Made by a program: the position numbers and the translations under genes
The notes under the pieces: generated by a model
Seen by the model: the letters and a program-made list of their open reading frames with translations, nothing else
Database searches by the model: none
What the model was told of the DNA's origin: nothing
Source of the DNA: Clostridia bacterium
GTDB taxonomy: Bacteria > Bacillota > Clostridia > Christensenellales > UBA1242
Length of the DNA stretch: 64,000 nt
NCBI GenBank assembly: GCA_017466725.1
Contig: JAFTTP010000002.1
Span: forward strand, 67,492 to 131,491
Direction: 5' to 3'
Shown here: in pieces, positions 37,686 to 47,835 of the stretch
How the letters are laid out: every line of letters starts with the position of its first letter
Position numbering within the stretch: position 1 is the stretch's first letter

Positions 37686-40081
37686 CTTAAAGATGCTCCA
37701 AATTTATATTCTAACGCTTTAAGCACTTTTTTCATTACAACAGCAACATCTTCATCAGTAAGTGTCTTTTCAAGGTCTGACAACTTAATATTAAACGCCA
37801 TACTCTTTTTATTTTGCCCAAGACTTTCACTTCTATATACATCAAACAAAGATGCATCATAATACAACTTTCCACAAGATGATTTAATTGACTCAAGCAG
37901 CTCACCACAGGTTACACACTCATCAACAACCACCGCCAAGTCTCTGTCTACTATTGGGAACTTAGAAATAGCGTTTACACTATATTTTTTAACAGGAAGT
38001 TCTGCTAAAAATTCCGTATTGATTTCAGCATAGAAAATATTTTCAGGCAAATCGTAATTTTTGCACACAACTGGATGCACTTTACCAAAGCTTGCAACTA
38101 CTTCTTCGCCACATTTATAATCTGCAGAAATTCCTGGATGCAAGAAAGGCTTATTAGACCTTTCAATCTTTGCCTCACAAGATGTCATATTAAGTACATT
38201 TTCCACTGCGGCTTTCAAATTAAAGAAATTATAACCATTTTCGTATACAACAATGCCAAGCATGTTTTTCTCAATAGGAAGTTCTTCCAAAGGCAATGAT
38301 TTCGCTTTATATGTTCTTCCGCACTCGAAGAAACGCAGGTCTTTATTTCCTAAACTCAAGTTGTATGCAATATTTTGCAAAAGCGAGTGAGCCAAAGACG
38401 TTCTCATACAAGAGATTTCTTCACCAATTGGATTTGCAATTCTTACAAGTTTATTTTCTTCCTCATTAAGAAGAAGTTTTTGATTGATGTCACCAGACAC
38501 TAGCGTATATGATACATTTTCAAAATACCCATCTTGAACCAACGCATTTCTAAACTTACGTTCAAGCCATAATCTTGGATGGTGTTGACCTTCTGTAATA
38601 GTTGCGTGTTCAAATAAATTGTACCCCAACCTATCATACACGTCATAACCATACATTCTTATAACTTCTTCTGCAAGGTCATAATCGTTTTCAATATCTT
38701 CTCTGTAAGGCGGAACATCACACTCAAGTTTGTTACCATAGCATTTTGTAACAATTCCAAGGCTATTTAAAATGCGAACCATATCTTGGGATGCAATTGT
38801 AACACCCAAAATATCATTAATCGTTGAAACGTTGCCTGTAATATGGCGCGTCTTATTTTCTTTTGACGCAATATCAATTCTGCCGCGAACAACCTTTCCG
38901 CATTTAAGCTTAGAAACAAGGTGCAACGCTCTTGACATACCAAGTTCGGCATTCGCTACGTTTACGCCTTTTGCATATCTTGCAGATGAGTCTGTTCTCA
39001 CACCATACTTTCTGCTTGTAAGTCTTATTGATTTCAAATCAAACACAGCACTTTCGAAAACACAAGTTTTTGTTTGGTCTGTAATGCAAGAATCGGTGCC
39101 GCCAATAACACCAGCAATAACCATTGGTCTTTCAGCGTCCGCAATAACCATAACGCTTTCATCAAGATTGTAAGTATTGTGATTTAACACATCAATCGAC
39201 TCACCTTCTTTTCCTTGACGTACAATAATTTTTTGGCCGCCAATATTTGCTTGGTCAAATGCGTGCATTGGTTGACCGCACTCAATCAATACATAATTTG
39301 TAATATCAACCATAGTGTTGATAGGTTTTACACCAACAGCGTTAAGCCTTGCCCTCATCCAAAGAGGAGAGCGTTCAATCTTAACGTTTGTAACAGCAGA
39401 CGCCATATAACGATAACAATTTGGAGTTTTTACATCAACATTAACATAATCCCAAATTGTGTCTTTCGCATAAACGTCTATATCATAACTAAGATTAAGT
39501 TTCTTTAATTCTCTACCTAGCAGCGCGCAAACTTCCCTAGCAATTCCAATTACACTCATACAGTCAGCCCTGTTTGGTGTAATTCCAATGTCAAATACAA
39601 CATCGTCAAGCATAAGCGCTTTATCAATAGGTGTGCCCGGCTTTAATTCGTTTGGAAGAATCAAAATACCATGCACTCCTGCCCCTTCCATGTAGTTCTC
39701 GTCAATGCCGAGTTCTTCACCAGAGCAGAACATACCACAAGAATCAACGCCTCTCATTTTTGTTTTAGAAATTTTGATACCATTGCATAAATCTGCGCCC
39801 TCTAAACTTACAGGCACAAGAGTTCCTTCAAATACATTTGTAGCGGCAGTAATAATTTGAACAACCTCACTTCCAATATCAACTTGACAAACAACCAAAC
39901 GGTCAGCTTGAGGATGTTTTTCAATCTTCAAAATTTTGCCCACTACAACGTGATGAAGATGTTCGTTTTGATAAATAATTTCTTCCACTTCCATACCAGC
40001 AGAAGTCAACTTTTTTGCAAGTTCTTCTGGCGACACATTAATGTCAACCATCTCTTTTAACCAATTATATGTTACTTTCAT
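37682..40081 (-). CDS. pheT: Phenylalanyl-tRNA synthetase beta subunit
   Basis: 799 aa starting MKVTYNWLKE. Contains tRNA-binding OB, B3/4, B5 and FDX-ACB regions. Confidence 0.96.
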   Translation of the reverse strand: MKVTYNWLKEMVDINVSPEELAKKLTSAGMEVEEIIYQNEHLHHVVVGKILKIEKHPQADRLVVCQVDIGSEVVQIITAATNVFEGTLVPVSLEGADLCNGIKISKTKMRGVDSCGMFCSGEELGIDENYMEGAGVHGILILPNELKPGTPIDKALMLDDVVFDIGITPNRADCMSVIGIAREVCALLGRELKKLNLSYDIDVYAKDTIWDYVNVDVKTPNCYRYMASAVTNVKIERSPLWMRARLNAVGVKPINTMVDITNYVLIECGQPMHAFDQANIGGQKIIVRQGKEGESIDVLNHNTYNLDESVMVIADAERPMVIAGVIGGTDSCITDQTKTCVFESAVFDLKSIRLTSRKYGVRTDSSARYAKGVNVANAELGMSRALHLVSKLKCGKVVRGRIDIASKENKTRHITGNVSTINDILGVTIASQDMVRILNSLGIVTKCYGNKLECDVPPYREDIENDYDLAEEVIRMYGYDVYDRLGYNLFEHATITEGQHHPRLWLERKFRNALVQDGYFENVSYTLVSGDINQKLLLNEEENKLVRIANPIGEEISCMRTSLAHSLLQNIAYNLSLGNKDLRFFECGRTYKAKSLPLEELPIEKNMLGIVVYENGYNFFNLKAAVENVLNMTSCEAKIERSNKPFLHPGISADYKCGEEVVASFGKVHPVVCKNYDLPENIFYAEINTEFLAELPVKKYSVNAISKFPIVDRDLAVVVDECVTCGELLESIKSSCGKLYYDASLFDVYRSESLGQNKKSMAFNIKLSDLEKTLTDEDVAVVMKKVLKALEYKFGASLR

Positions 40082-40099
40082 TTCGAATTTTCTCCTATC

Positions 40100-41122
40100 C
40101 TACTTCATTTGTTCCAAAAATCTCTTGTCGTTTTTATAAAGATATTTGATATTTCCAATGCTATTTAAAATCATAGCAGTTCTGTCAAGACCAAATCCAA
40201 AAGCAAACCCTCTATACTTCTTGCTGTCAATACCAGACATCTCTAAAACCTTAGGGTTTACAATGCCAGCGCCTAAAAGTTCAAGCATGCCTGTTCCCTT
40301 GCACAAAGAGCAGCCTTTGCCATGACAAGTTGGACAAGAAACATCAACCTCAATACTTGGTTCTGTGAATGGGAAGAACGATGGTCTAAATCTGATTACA
40401 GTATCATCACCATACAGACGTTTCATAATAATTGTAAGCATTGATTTCAGGTCTGCCATAGAAACATTTTCATCAATAACAAGTCCTTCAAGCTGGTGGA
40501 ACACTGGACTGTGAGTTGAGTCGCTGTCATTTCTATATGTTTTACCCGGACAAATAATCTTAAATGGTGGCTTTTTTACCTCCATCTCTCTTGCTTGTAC
40601 TGCTGAAGTTTGAGAACGCAGCAAAATGTTGTCATTGATAAAGAAAGTGTCTTGCATATCTCTTGATGGGTGATTTTTAGGAATATTCATCGCCTCAAAG
40701 TTGTAATAATCGCTTTCTACCTCAGGTCCCTCAACAACCGAGAAACCAAGTTCAACACAAATATCACAAAGCCTGTCAATCACACTAGGAATTGGGTGTA
40801 ATGCCCCCTTACACTTCCCTTGCGCTGGCTCTGTTATATCAATTTGTTCACTTTCAAGTTTCAAGTTGAGCTCTGCTTGTTCCAGTTGAGTTTGCTTATC
40901 TTCCAATGCAGCCTCAAGCGCAGTTCTCACCTCATTTATAAGCGCACCAACTTTTGGCCTCTCTTCTGGCGCCACATCCCTCATTCCACGAGATAAAGAT
41001 GTCAAAATCCCACTTTTGCCAAAAACTTTGCCCCTAATTTCATTTATTTCTTTCATTGATTGCGCCGCAACAATGTCCTGTTCGGCTTGTGCTTGCGCTG
41101 ATTTTAATTCGTCTAAAAGCAT
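40100..41122 (-). CDS. pheS: Phenylalanyl-tRNA synthetase alpha subunit
   Basis: Class II motifs (FRPSFFPFTEPS, GFAFGFGLDR). The ATG at 41122 after GGAGGA is preferred; the ORF-track start at 41209 would run into the T-box leader. Confidence 0.95.
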   Translation of the reverse strand: MLLDELKSAQAQAEQDIVAAQSMKEINEIRGKVFGKSGILTSLSRGMRDVAPEERPKVGALINEVRTALEAALEDKQTQLEQAELNLKLESEQIDITEPAQGKCKGALHPIPSVIDRLCDICVELGFSVVEGPEVESDYYNFEAMNIPKNHPSRDMQDTFFINDNILLRSQTSAVQAREMEVKKPPFKIICPGKTYRNDSDSTHSPVFHQLEGLVIDENVSMADLKSMLTIIMKRLYGDDTVIRFRPSFFPFTEPSIEVDVSCPTCHGKGCSLCKGTGMLELLGAGIVNPKVLEMSGIDSKKYRGFAFGFGLDRTAMILNSIGNIKYLYKNDKRFLEQMK

Positions 41123-41426
41123 TTCATCCTCCAAATACAATAAAAAAGCCCCTTTCGTAATAGGACGAAAGAGACACTTCGTGGTACCACCTATTTTCAG
41201 CACTGCCATACACCAGCAATTCTCTTAAAGAAATCGCCAAGCGCTTGGGCTTGCCCTTAAATTATCCTTTACGCAGATTCACGGCTAAAACTACTGACTT
41301 AAAAAGTGTTCATAATGCTGCTAAAAAGTGAATTCATTTTGATACTACGCTTGTGCGTCTTCCAGCCAAGGACGCATTCTCTGTAAGCTTTTCCCAAAAC
41401 TACTAGTCTTTCATCATCGCATTTAT
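41123..41426 (-). promoter_or_regulatory. T-box riboswitch leader (Phe specifier candidate UUC)
   Basis: The minus strand carries AAUAGGUGGUACCACGAAG (T-box motif, 41175-41200). Terminator CUCUUUCG-N8-CGAAAGGGG plus U6 at 41142-41173. AGAGA box near the 5' end. GAAUUCA with UUC at 41332-41330. Confidence 0.8.
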
Positions 41427-41432
41427 GGGTAT

Positions 41433-41462
41433 ATTATAATGCAGCGTCTACTTTTTTGTCAA
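41433..41462 (-). promoter_or_regulatory. Sigma-A promoter of pheS T-box leader
   Basis: On the minus strand: TTGACA (41462-41457), 18 nt, TATAAT (41438-41433). Confidence 0.65.
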
Positions 41463-41515
41463 GTAATTACGCATTTTTGTTTGTAAATAAAGGCATTTTT
41501 TGATAAAATGCCAAT

Positions 41516-42376
41516 ATGAAATATCAAACATATACTATTAACAAGCCCTATGACAGCATATATTTTTTTCTTAAACAAAACGGCTTTTCAGAAAATTACA
41601 TCAAAAATCTAAGAAAAACCTTAGGCAACTTTGTCGTAAATGACGAAGTTTGCACAATTCGCAAACAGTTAAATATAGGCGACACGCTAAAAATTAACAG
41701 TTCTCCAAACAATAAAACCAACATACAATCATGCATACTACCACTAGATGTAGTATTTGAAGATGAATATTACTTACTAATCAACAAACCAAGTGGCATT
41801 TCTTGCATGCCAAACCGCTCACATTACACAAACAACCTTGCTGGCGCAATCATGGCATATATGCAAGATAAAGACCTAAACTTTGTTGTACGAATTATCA
41901 ACCGATTAGATAAAGATACCGCTGGCATAATCATTGTGGCAAAAGACAGCATATCACAAAAAGAGATTAAAAACATAGCCAAAACATATTATGCAATATG
42001 TGACGGCGTGATTGATAAACCTCTAACCATAGACAAACCAATCAAAACCGTCACCAACAATGGAATAAATGACCGAAAGCGTATAATTGCACCAGATGGA
42101 CAAAGCGCAACCACGTTTGCAAAGCCTATTCAAAACAATGGCAAAAACACGCTTGTTTCCTTAAAACTTATCAATGGTCGCACTCATCAAATACGCCTGC
42201 ACATGTCATCAATTGGTCACCCATTACTCGGTGACGAACTTTATGGCGAGAAAAGCGACAGACTCTCTCACACCGCCCTAGTATGCAAAGAAATTTCATT
42301 CTATCATCCATATTTACAACAAGAGTTAAAATTCGAGATAGATTTACCAGATGATTTTAAAAAGATATTGCCATAA
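41516..42376 (+). CDS. RluA-family pseudouridine synthase
   Basis: 286 aa with the catalytic motif INRLDKDTAGIIIVAK, and GRTHQIRLH. Confidence 0.88.
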   Translation: MKYQTYTINKPYDSIYFFLKQNGFSENYIKNLRKTLGNFVVNDEVCTIRKQLNIGDTLKINSSPNNKTNIQSCILPLDVVFEDEYYLLINKPSGISCMPNRSHYTNNLAGAIMAYMQDKDLNFVVRIINRLDKDTAGIIIVAKDSISQKEIKNIAKTYYAICDGVIDKPLTIDKPIKTVTNNGINDRKRIIAPDGQSATTFAKPIQNNGKNTLVSLKLINGRTHQIRLHMSSIGHPLLGDELYGEKSDRLSHTALVCKEISFYHPYLQQELKFEIDLPDDFKKILP

Positions 42377-42385
42377 AACTATAAG

Positions 42386-42414
42386 AAAAAAGACTTGGTT
42401 AACAAGTCTTTTTG
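42386..42414. terminator. Bidirectional terminator
   Basis: AAGACTTG-GTTAA-CAAGTCTT, flanked by an A6 run and a T5 run. Confidence 0.8.
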
Positions 42415-42416
42415 TT

Positions 42417-42728
42417 TTAATTAATCCCGTTTTCTGATTCTTCTTCTTGAATTTCTTTCTTTTGTACTATCAACCTAGTAAGCCATTGATTTTTATAAAC
42501 ATCTTGAATCGTTTTTGCCGTCCTGCATGGAATACTAAACTTCGCAATTATAGCATTTGCCACCGCAACAATATCCTCATCTAGCGGCTTTATATTTTCA
42601 GCATACCAAACTCTTTCTTGCGGATGTTGACAAAGAGTTTCCCACGATTCCCCTTTGCAGTGCAATTCCAATTTTTTATCTCTTTCATTGATTAATGTTA
42701 CAAACTTCTTCACTCTATTTGCAGCCAT
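42417..42728 (-). CDS. Hypothetical 103-aa protein co-oriented with asnS
   Basis: Strong GAGGAGG SD 16 nt after the asnS stop. I recognise no family. Confidence 0.55.
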   Translation of the reverse strand: MAANRVKKFVTLINERDKKLELHCKGESWETLCQHPQERVWYAENIKPLDEDIVAVANAIIAKFSIPCRTAKTIQDVYKNQWLTRLIVQKKEIQEEESENGIN

Positions 42729-42744
42729 TAACTACCTCCTCATT

Positions 42745-44136
42745 TTAAAATTCACAATTGTTTGGTGTTCTTGGGAATGGAATTGCATCTCTAATATTTT
42801 CAATTCCTGTAAGATACATCACAAGCCTTTCAAAGCCCATACCAAAACCAGAATGAACACAAGAGCCGAATTTTCTTAAATTAAGATACCAGTCAATTGT
42901 TTCCTTATCAACTCCCATTTCGTCGCATCGAGCAATAATCTTTTGATAATCTTCTTCTCTTTGACTTCCGCCCATAAGTTCACCTGCACCAGGCACTTCA
43001 AGGTCAACCGCAGCAACAGTTTTGCCATCTGGGTTTAATTTCATATAGTATGCTTTGATATCTTTTGGCCAGTTTTTAACAAACACAGGTCCATTAAAAT
43101 ATTCCGTAAGATATTTTTCATGTTCTTTAGCAATATCTCCACCTTCTTCTGGTTGAAATTCCCACTCGACATCAGCTTGTTGCAATAATTTGATTACATC
43201 AGCATGGTCTATGCGAGTGAATCTGCTTGTTACAAGTTTATTAAGTTTGTCAAGAAGTCCGTTGGAAACAAATTTATCTAAAAATTCAAGTTCGTCAGGG
43301 CATTTATCTAAAACATACTTTACAACATGTTTAAGCATCTCTTCTTCAACATTCATCAGTTCTTCTAAATCACAAAATGCCATTTCTGGCTCAATCATCC
43401 AAAATTCATTAGCATGAGTTTTTGTGTTTGAATTTTCTGTTCTAAAAGTAGGTCCAAATGTATAAATTTTATTAAACGCAAGTGCAAACGCCTCACCATG
43501 CAATTGACCACTACCAGTAATATATGCTTGCTTACCAAAAAGGTCTTCCCCCATATCAACCTTGCCATCTTTATCTAAAGGCAAATTGTTAAAATTAAGT
43601 TTAGTTATTTTAAACATTTGGTCAGAGCCTTCGCAATCAGTAGTTGTAATTAAAGGCGTATTTACATACAGATAACCATTTGATTGAAAATAATCATGTA
43701 TAGCCATAGCAGCAACACTTCTCACTCTGAAAACAGCTTGAAATAAGTTTGTTCTTGGTCTTAAATATGCAATCTCTCTTAAGAATTCTACATTATGTCT
43801 TTTCTTTTGAAGTGGGTATTCGCTGTCTGTTGCATTGATGATTATCACTTCATCTGCTTGCATTTCAAATGGTTGTTTGTTTTCAGGTGTAAGCACAATT
43901 TTACCCTTACACATAATAGATGAGCCCGTGTTCACCTTTTCAACTACATCATAGTTTGCAAGCTTATCTTTGCTAAATACAATTTGAAGAGTTTTAAAAC
44001 AAGTTCCATCAGTTAAATCAATAAAGCCAAAGTTGCCGTTTCCGCGACAACTTTTCACCCAACCTGCAACTACAATTACATCTTGTGAAAGGCTTTCTTT
44101 GTTTTCGTATAAATATTTAATATCAACTTTTTTCAT
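42745..44136 (-). CDS. asnS: Asparaginyl-tRNA synthetase
   Basis: 463 aa with an OB anticodon-binding domain and class IIb motifs (FRTENSNTKTHANEF, GFGMGFERL). Confidence 0.95.
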   Translation of the reverse strand: MKKVDIKYLYENKESLSQDVIVVAGWVKSCRGNGNFGFIDLTDGTCFKTLQIVFSKDKLANYDVVEKVNTGSSIMCKGKIVLTPENKQPFEMQADEVIIINATDSEYPLQKKRHNVEFLREIAYLRPRTNLFQAVFRVRSVAAMAIHDYFQSNGYLYVNTPLITTTDCEGSDQMFKITKLNFNNLPLDKDGKVDMGEDLFGKQAYITGSGQLHGEAFALAFNKIYTFGPTFRTENSNTKTHANEFWMIEPEMAFCDLEELMNVEEEMLKHVVKYVLDKCPDELEFLDKFVSNGLLDKLNKLVTSRFTRIDHADVIKLLQQADVEWEFQPEEGGDIAKEHEKYLTEYFNGPVFVKNWPKDIKAYYMKLNPDGKTVAAVDLEVPGAGELMGGSQREEDYQKIIARCDEMGVDKETIDWYLNLRKFGSCVHSGFGMGFERLVMYLTGIENIRDAIPFPRTPNNCEF

Positions 44137-44144
44137 GTTTACCT

Positions 44145-45881
44145 CTATTTATCTTCAAGTTTGATTCCAAGCTCTTTTAATGTTGCCTCGTCTATCTTGC
44201 TTGGCGCGTTCATTAAAAGGTCGCGACCATTTTTGTTAAGTGGGAACGCTGCAATTTCACGAATCACATCATATCCTAAAATTTGCATCAACATTCTGTC
44301 AAAGCCAAACGCTCCGCCAGCGTGTGGTGGCGCACCATATGAGAATGCATTGAAAAGTGCTGCAAATTTTTGCTCTACAACGCTTTGGTCATATCCAACA
44401 AGGTCAAATGCCTTCACCATTGTTTCTTGGTCGTGGTTGCGTACTGCTCCGCTAAGCATTTCATAACCGTTACATACAAGGTCATATTGATAAGCAACAA
44501 TATCGAGTGGATCTTTATTATTAAGTGCATCAAGGCCACCTTGTGGCATTGAAAATGGATTGTGCGAGAAGTCAAGTTTGCCTGTTTCTTCATTGATTTC
44601 ATAGAATGGGAAGTCAACAACCCAGCAGAACGCAACTTTGTTTTGGTCAATGAGGCCAAGTTGATCACCAAGTGCATTACGAAGGACATTCGTAAGCATA
44701 ATTGCCATAGGTTTTGTATCCGCAATGAAGAATAAACTGTCTCCTGCTTTAACATTCCCTTTTTCAATAAGCGCTTTCTTTTGCTCTTCCGTTACAAACT
44801 TAGCAATCGAGCCAGTTATTTCTTGCCCATCATATTTAAGCCAAGCAAGCCCCTTGCCTTCATAACTTACAATAAGTTTGCCAAGGTCATCGTAAAATCT
44901 TCTTGGTTTATCTTCGCAAGGTGCTACAATCATTTTGATTGTCTTGTCTTTAAATGCATTAAACTCTGTGTTTTTAAATATTTCAGTAACATCGTTTACA
45001 GTCAAAGGATTTCTAAGGTCTGGCTTATCAGAGCAATACTTTTCAATTGCTTCCTTATATGGTATTCTAACAAATGGAGCTTTACACACATCTAAATTTG
45101 TAAACTTGTTGTAAAGTCCAGTAATAAAGTTTTCACAAACAGCAAACACATCTTCTTGTGTGGCAAAAGACATTTCAAAGTCAATTTGATAGAATTCACC
45201 AGTCATTCTGTCTGCTCTTCCCGCTTCATTTCTAAAACATGGTGCAATTTGAAAATATTTATCATAACCAGAAACCATCAAAAGTTGTTTGAATTGTTGT
45301 GGCGCTTGTGGCAAAGCATAGAATTCCCCCTTTGAGAATACTGTTGGCACAATATAGTCTCTTGCACCCTCTGGTGAACTTGACGTAAGGATTGGTGTTT
45401 GCACTTCCAAAAAGCCCATTTCATCAAACTTATCTCTTATGTATTTAAGCACCTTGCCACGCATAACAAGGTTTTTGTGATTTTGAGGATTTCTAAGGTC
45501 AAGATAACGATATTTATATCTTAAGTCGTCCTTCGTATTTGGCGCATCTGCAATTTCAAAAGGAAGTACGCTTTGGCATTTACCAAGCACTTCAATTGCT
45601 GCGACCTTAACCTCAATATCTCCAGTTTCCATATTAGGATTTTTTGAACTTCTCTCTAACACTTCTCCTTCAACCCTAACAACCGTTTCCTTGCAAATGC
45701 CCTCTAACATTGCCTCATCTTCAATTAAAAGTTGAGTTACGCCAAAATGGTCGCGAAGTGTTGCAAAAACAATACCCCCCAACTTTCTTATTGTTGCAAG
45801 CCAACCAGACATCGTCACTTTTTGACCTACGTTTTCAATTCTTAATTCTCCACAATTGTTTGTTCTATAATAATTTGACAT
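44145..45881 (-). CDS. aspS: Aspartyl-tRNA synthetase
   Basis: Bacterial-type AspRS with a GAD insertion, FRNEAGRADR and GGAFGFDRL. The ATG at 45881 after GGAG is preferred over 45902. Confidence 0.95.
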   Translation of the reverse strand: MSNYYRTNNCGELRIENVGQKVTMSGWLATIRKLGGIVFATLRDHFGVTQLLIEDEAMLEGICKETVVRVEGEVLERSSKNPNMETGDIEVKVAAIEVLGKCQSVLPFEIADAPNTKDDLRYKYRYLDLRNPQNHKNLVMRGKVLKYIRDKFDEMGFLEVQTPILTSSSPEGARDYIVPTVFSKGEFYALPQAPQQFKQLLMVSGYDKYFQIAPCFRNEAGRADRMTGEFYQIDFEMSFATQEDVFAVCENFITGLYNKFTNLDVCKAPFVRIPYKEAIEKYCSDKPDLRNPLTVNDVTEIFKNTEFNAFKDKTIKMIVAPCEDKPRRFYDDLGKLIVSYEGKGLAWLKYDGQEITGSIAKFVTEEQKKALIEKGNVKAGDSLFFIADTKPMAIMLTNVLRNALGDQLGLIDQNKVAFCWVVDFPFYEINEETGKLDFSHNPFSMPQGGLDALNNKDPLDIVAYQYDLVCNGYEMLSGAVRNHDQETMVKAFDLVGYDQSVVEQKFAALFNAFSYGAPPHAGGAFGFDRMLMQILGYDVIREIAAFPLNKNGRDLLMNAPSKIDEATLKELGIKLEDK

Positions 45882-45903
45882 ATGTTCATCTCCAATATGC
45901 AAT

Positions 45904-45931
45904 ATTATAGCACAAAAATCGATACAATCAA
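45904..45931 (-). promoter_or_regulatory. Candidate sigma-A promoter for aspS-asnS
   Basis: On the minus strand: TTGATT (45931-45926), 16 nt, TGcTATAAT (-10 at 45909-45904). Confidence 0.55.
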
Positions 45932-45932
45932 A

Positions 45933-46985
45933 CTATTTTTCTGATTTTTTTCTTTTTAAACTAGAAACAAACGCAAAAGTCAACAAACCCGCCAGCAATA
46001 TCATCACAATAATCAAACTTGTTCCGCCTCGACTTCTTGATTCAGTTTTTTCTGTTGTAATTTGATTTTCAATAAATTCCTCTTCTGTAACCACCTCTTT
46101 TTCAGGATCATAATAATCTGCATACATAGTTGTTTCAATGGAATCTACCAAATAAGGTACACTATTGTAAACAAAATCCTTCTCAATAAGGTAAGTCCCC
46201 ATTTCAAAAAGCAAATTTGTATTCATAAGAGATTGATTATAATGCCCCTTACCACAATAAATGTCTAAAAACAGCCATGGATACAACTGATTGCCAACAG
46301 CAAAAAGTTCTTGTGCAAATTTATAGTTTTCTTCAAAATTAGGGTTAGATTTTCCGACAACAATCCTTATTTTGCTAAAATCTTGCCCATTGTGACTGGT
46401 ATGATAATACTTTTTGGCAACGCCATCCCTATGAATATCAAACAGTGCGTCCGGCTTTTCCTCTTGATAAAGCGCTTTAGCTGTAACGGCAGAACGAGAA
46501 TACGCACTCGAATCATGCGGAATATGCAGCGATTCATCTAAAACAACCTTTATTCCACGCTTTTCAAGCTCGCTTTTCAGCCTCTTTGCAACATCATGAA
46601 TGCCCCCAGCACCATAAATGCTGTCATAACCATCTGTAGGCGTATAACTTTCATCATTGTGCGTCATATATAAACACAGCTTTTTCGCTAGCCCCGCCGA
46701 CCGCTGTCCTCTAAACTTGTCTGGTTTTGGCCAATTAAGAGTGCGAAAGTATCGAGCATAGCATTTATGCCCATCAATCTCGTAAATTTGATATTCATGA
46801 AAATCCTTTGTTAAAATGGTGTCACCAACCTCCGCCTCGCTGGTAAATGTAAGCAACTCGCCACTTTCGTCATAAATTTCATATTCAATAATCTCACCAT
46901 CAATAGCATAAGCAACCATTTCATTGGGCATAAAAACGCAAACAAGCGCCATCAAAACAATAAAAAAACACATCAACTTTTTCAT
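45933..46985 (-). CDS. spoIIP: Stage II sporulation protein P
   Basis: 350 aa with a signal/TM region. LYMTHNDESY...GGIHDVAKRLKSELEKRGIKV...HD..AY..S...DIHRDG, characteristic of SpoIIP. Confidence 0.85.
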   Translation of the reverse strand: MKKLMCFFIVLMALVCVFMPNEMVAYAIDGEIIEYEIYDESGELLTFTSEAEVGDTILTKDFHEYQIYEIDGHKCYARYFRTLNWPKPDKFRGQRSAGLAKKLCLYMTHNDESYTPTDGYDSIYGAGGIHDVAKRLKSELEKRGIKVVLDESLHIPHDSSAYSRSAVTAKALYQEEKPDALFDIHRDGVAKKYYHTSHNGQDFSKIRIVVGKSNPNFEENYKFAQELFAVGNQLYPWLFLDIYCGKGHYNQSLMNTNLLFEMGTYLIEKDFVYNSVPYLVDSIETTMYADYYDPEKEVVTEEEFIENQITTEKTESRSRGGTSLIIVMILLAGLLTFAFVSSLKRKKSEK

Positions 46986-47042
46986 ATATTAAGGGTGTGA
47001 AGAATTTAATTTTTCATGCATACTACTAAACATTATCAAGAA

Positions 47043-47082
47043 TAAAAAAGCTATTATGTTATCATTTTATAACATAATAGCC
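47043..47082 (-). terminator. Intrinsic terminator downstream of tRNA-Leu/hypothetical unit
   Basis: Perfect 13-bp stem, 47050-47062 with 47069-47081, followed by U6 on the minus strand. Confidence 0.8.
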
Positions 47083-47274
47083 CATATCTTATTCTTGTAT
47101 GTTTGTTTCAATCTTTGACATACACTTTATTTCTTATTTAATTCAGCCATATAAATTTATACTAGAGAATTAAATCTTCATCAATTTTTTGCGATTTTTC
47201 TTCTTCTAAATATTTGCGTGCTCTTTCTTTCATTTCAAGTGCTTTTTTATAATCCTTTTTAGAAAAAGGAAAAA

Positions 47275-47793
47275 TTAACTATTTTCTAATTCATCTTGAT
47301 TGCCTTCACTCTCAATCAACTCACATTCATATGCTAAAAAGTTAAACAATCGCATAAATAAAGATTCCACTCTTGGCACTCTGCTGCCACTATTACAAAA
47401 ACATATGTTACTTCCGCGATGAAAAGACGTCCAAGCTTTTTCATTAGTGTTAGCAATAAATTTTATGGTAAACAAGTCATCTTCTTTTATAATCCGCAAG
47501 GTATTCGCTTCTTCTTCCGGCCAATCTTCACTGATAAAAGTTATTATATTACCATCTAATACTGGCAAATATTTATCATCAACCTTTTTAATAGCGTCAA
47601 ATAATTGACTAAACACGCTAAATGCTATTTTATCAGTATTATCCAATTCAAAAATTGTATTTTCTTTATAATCTTCGGGTATCCAGTATAGGTCAAAATT
47701 ACCACCAACCGTCATAATAAATGACTTTCCACGCCTATCAACTAACTTTACATCATAATATCCCTGTTTGCCTCTTGGTTGTTTTGTAATCAT
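47275..47793 (-). CDS. Hypothetical 172-aa protein
   Basis: ATG at 47793 after AGGGAGAA. The ORF-track N-terminal extension to 47919 is read-through of the tRNA gene. I recognise no family. Confidence 0.6.
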   Translation of the reverse strand: MITKQPRGKQGYYDVKLVDRRGKSFIMTVGGNFDLYWIPEDYKENTIFELDNTDKIAFSVFSQLFDAIKKVDDKYLPVLDGNIITFISEDWPEEEANTLRIIKEDDLFTIKFIANTNEKAWTSFHRGSNICFCNSGSRVPRVESLFMRLFNFLAYECELIESEGNQDELENS

Positions 47794-47835
47794 CCCATTC
47801 TCCCTATAAATAAAAAAACAGGATAACTCCTGCTT

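Noticed and set aside
47162-47233. A 23-codon minus-strand ORF (MKERARKYLEEEKSQKIDEDLIL).
   Set aside because: There is no SD or promoter, and nothing supports it beyond an open frame. It is mentioned only as context for the tRNA-flank finding.
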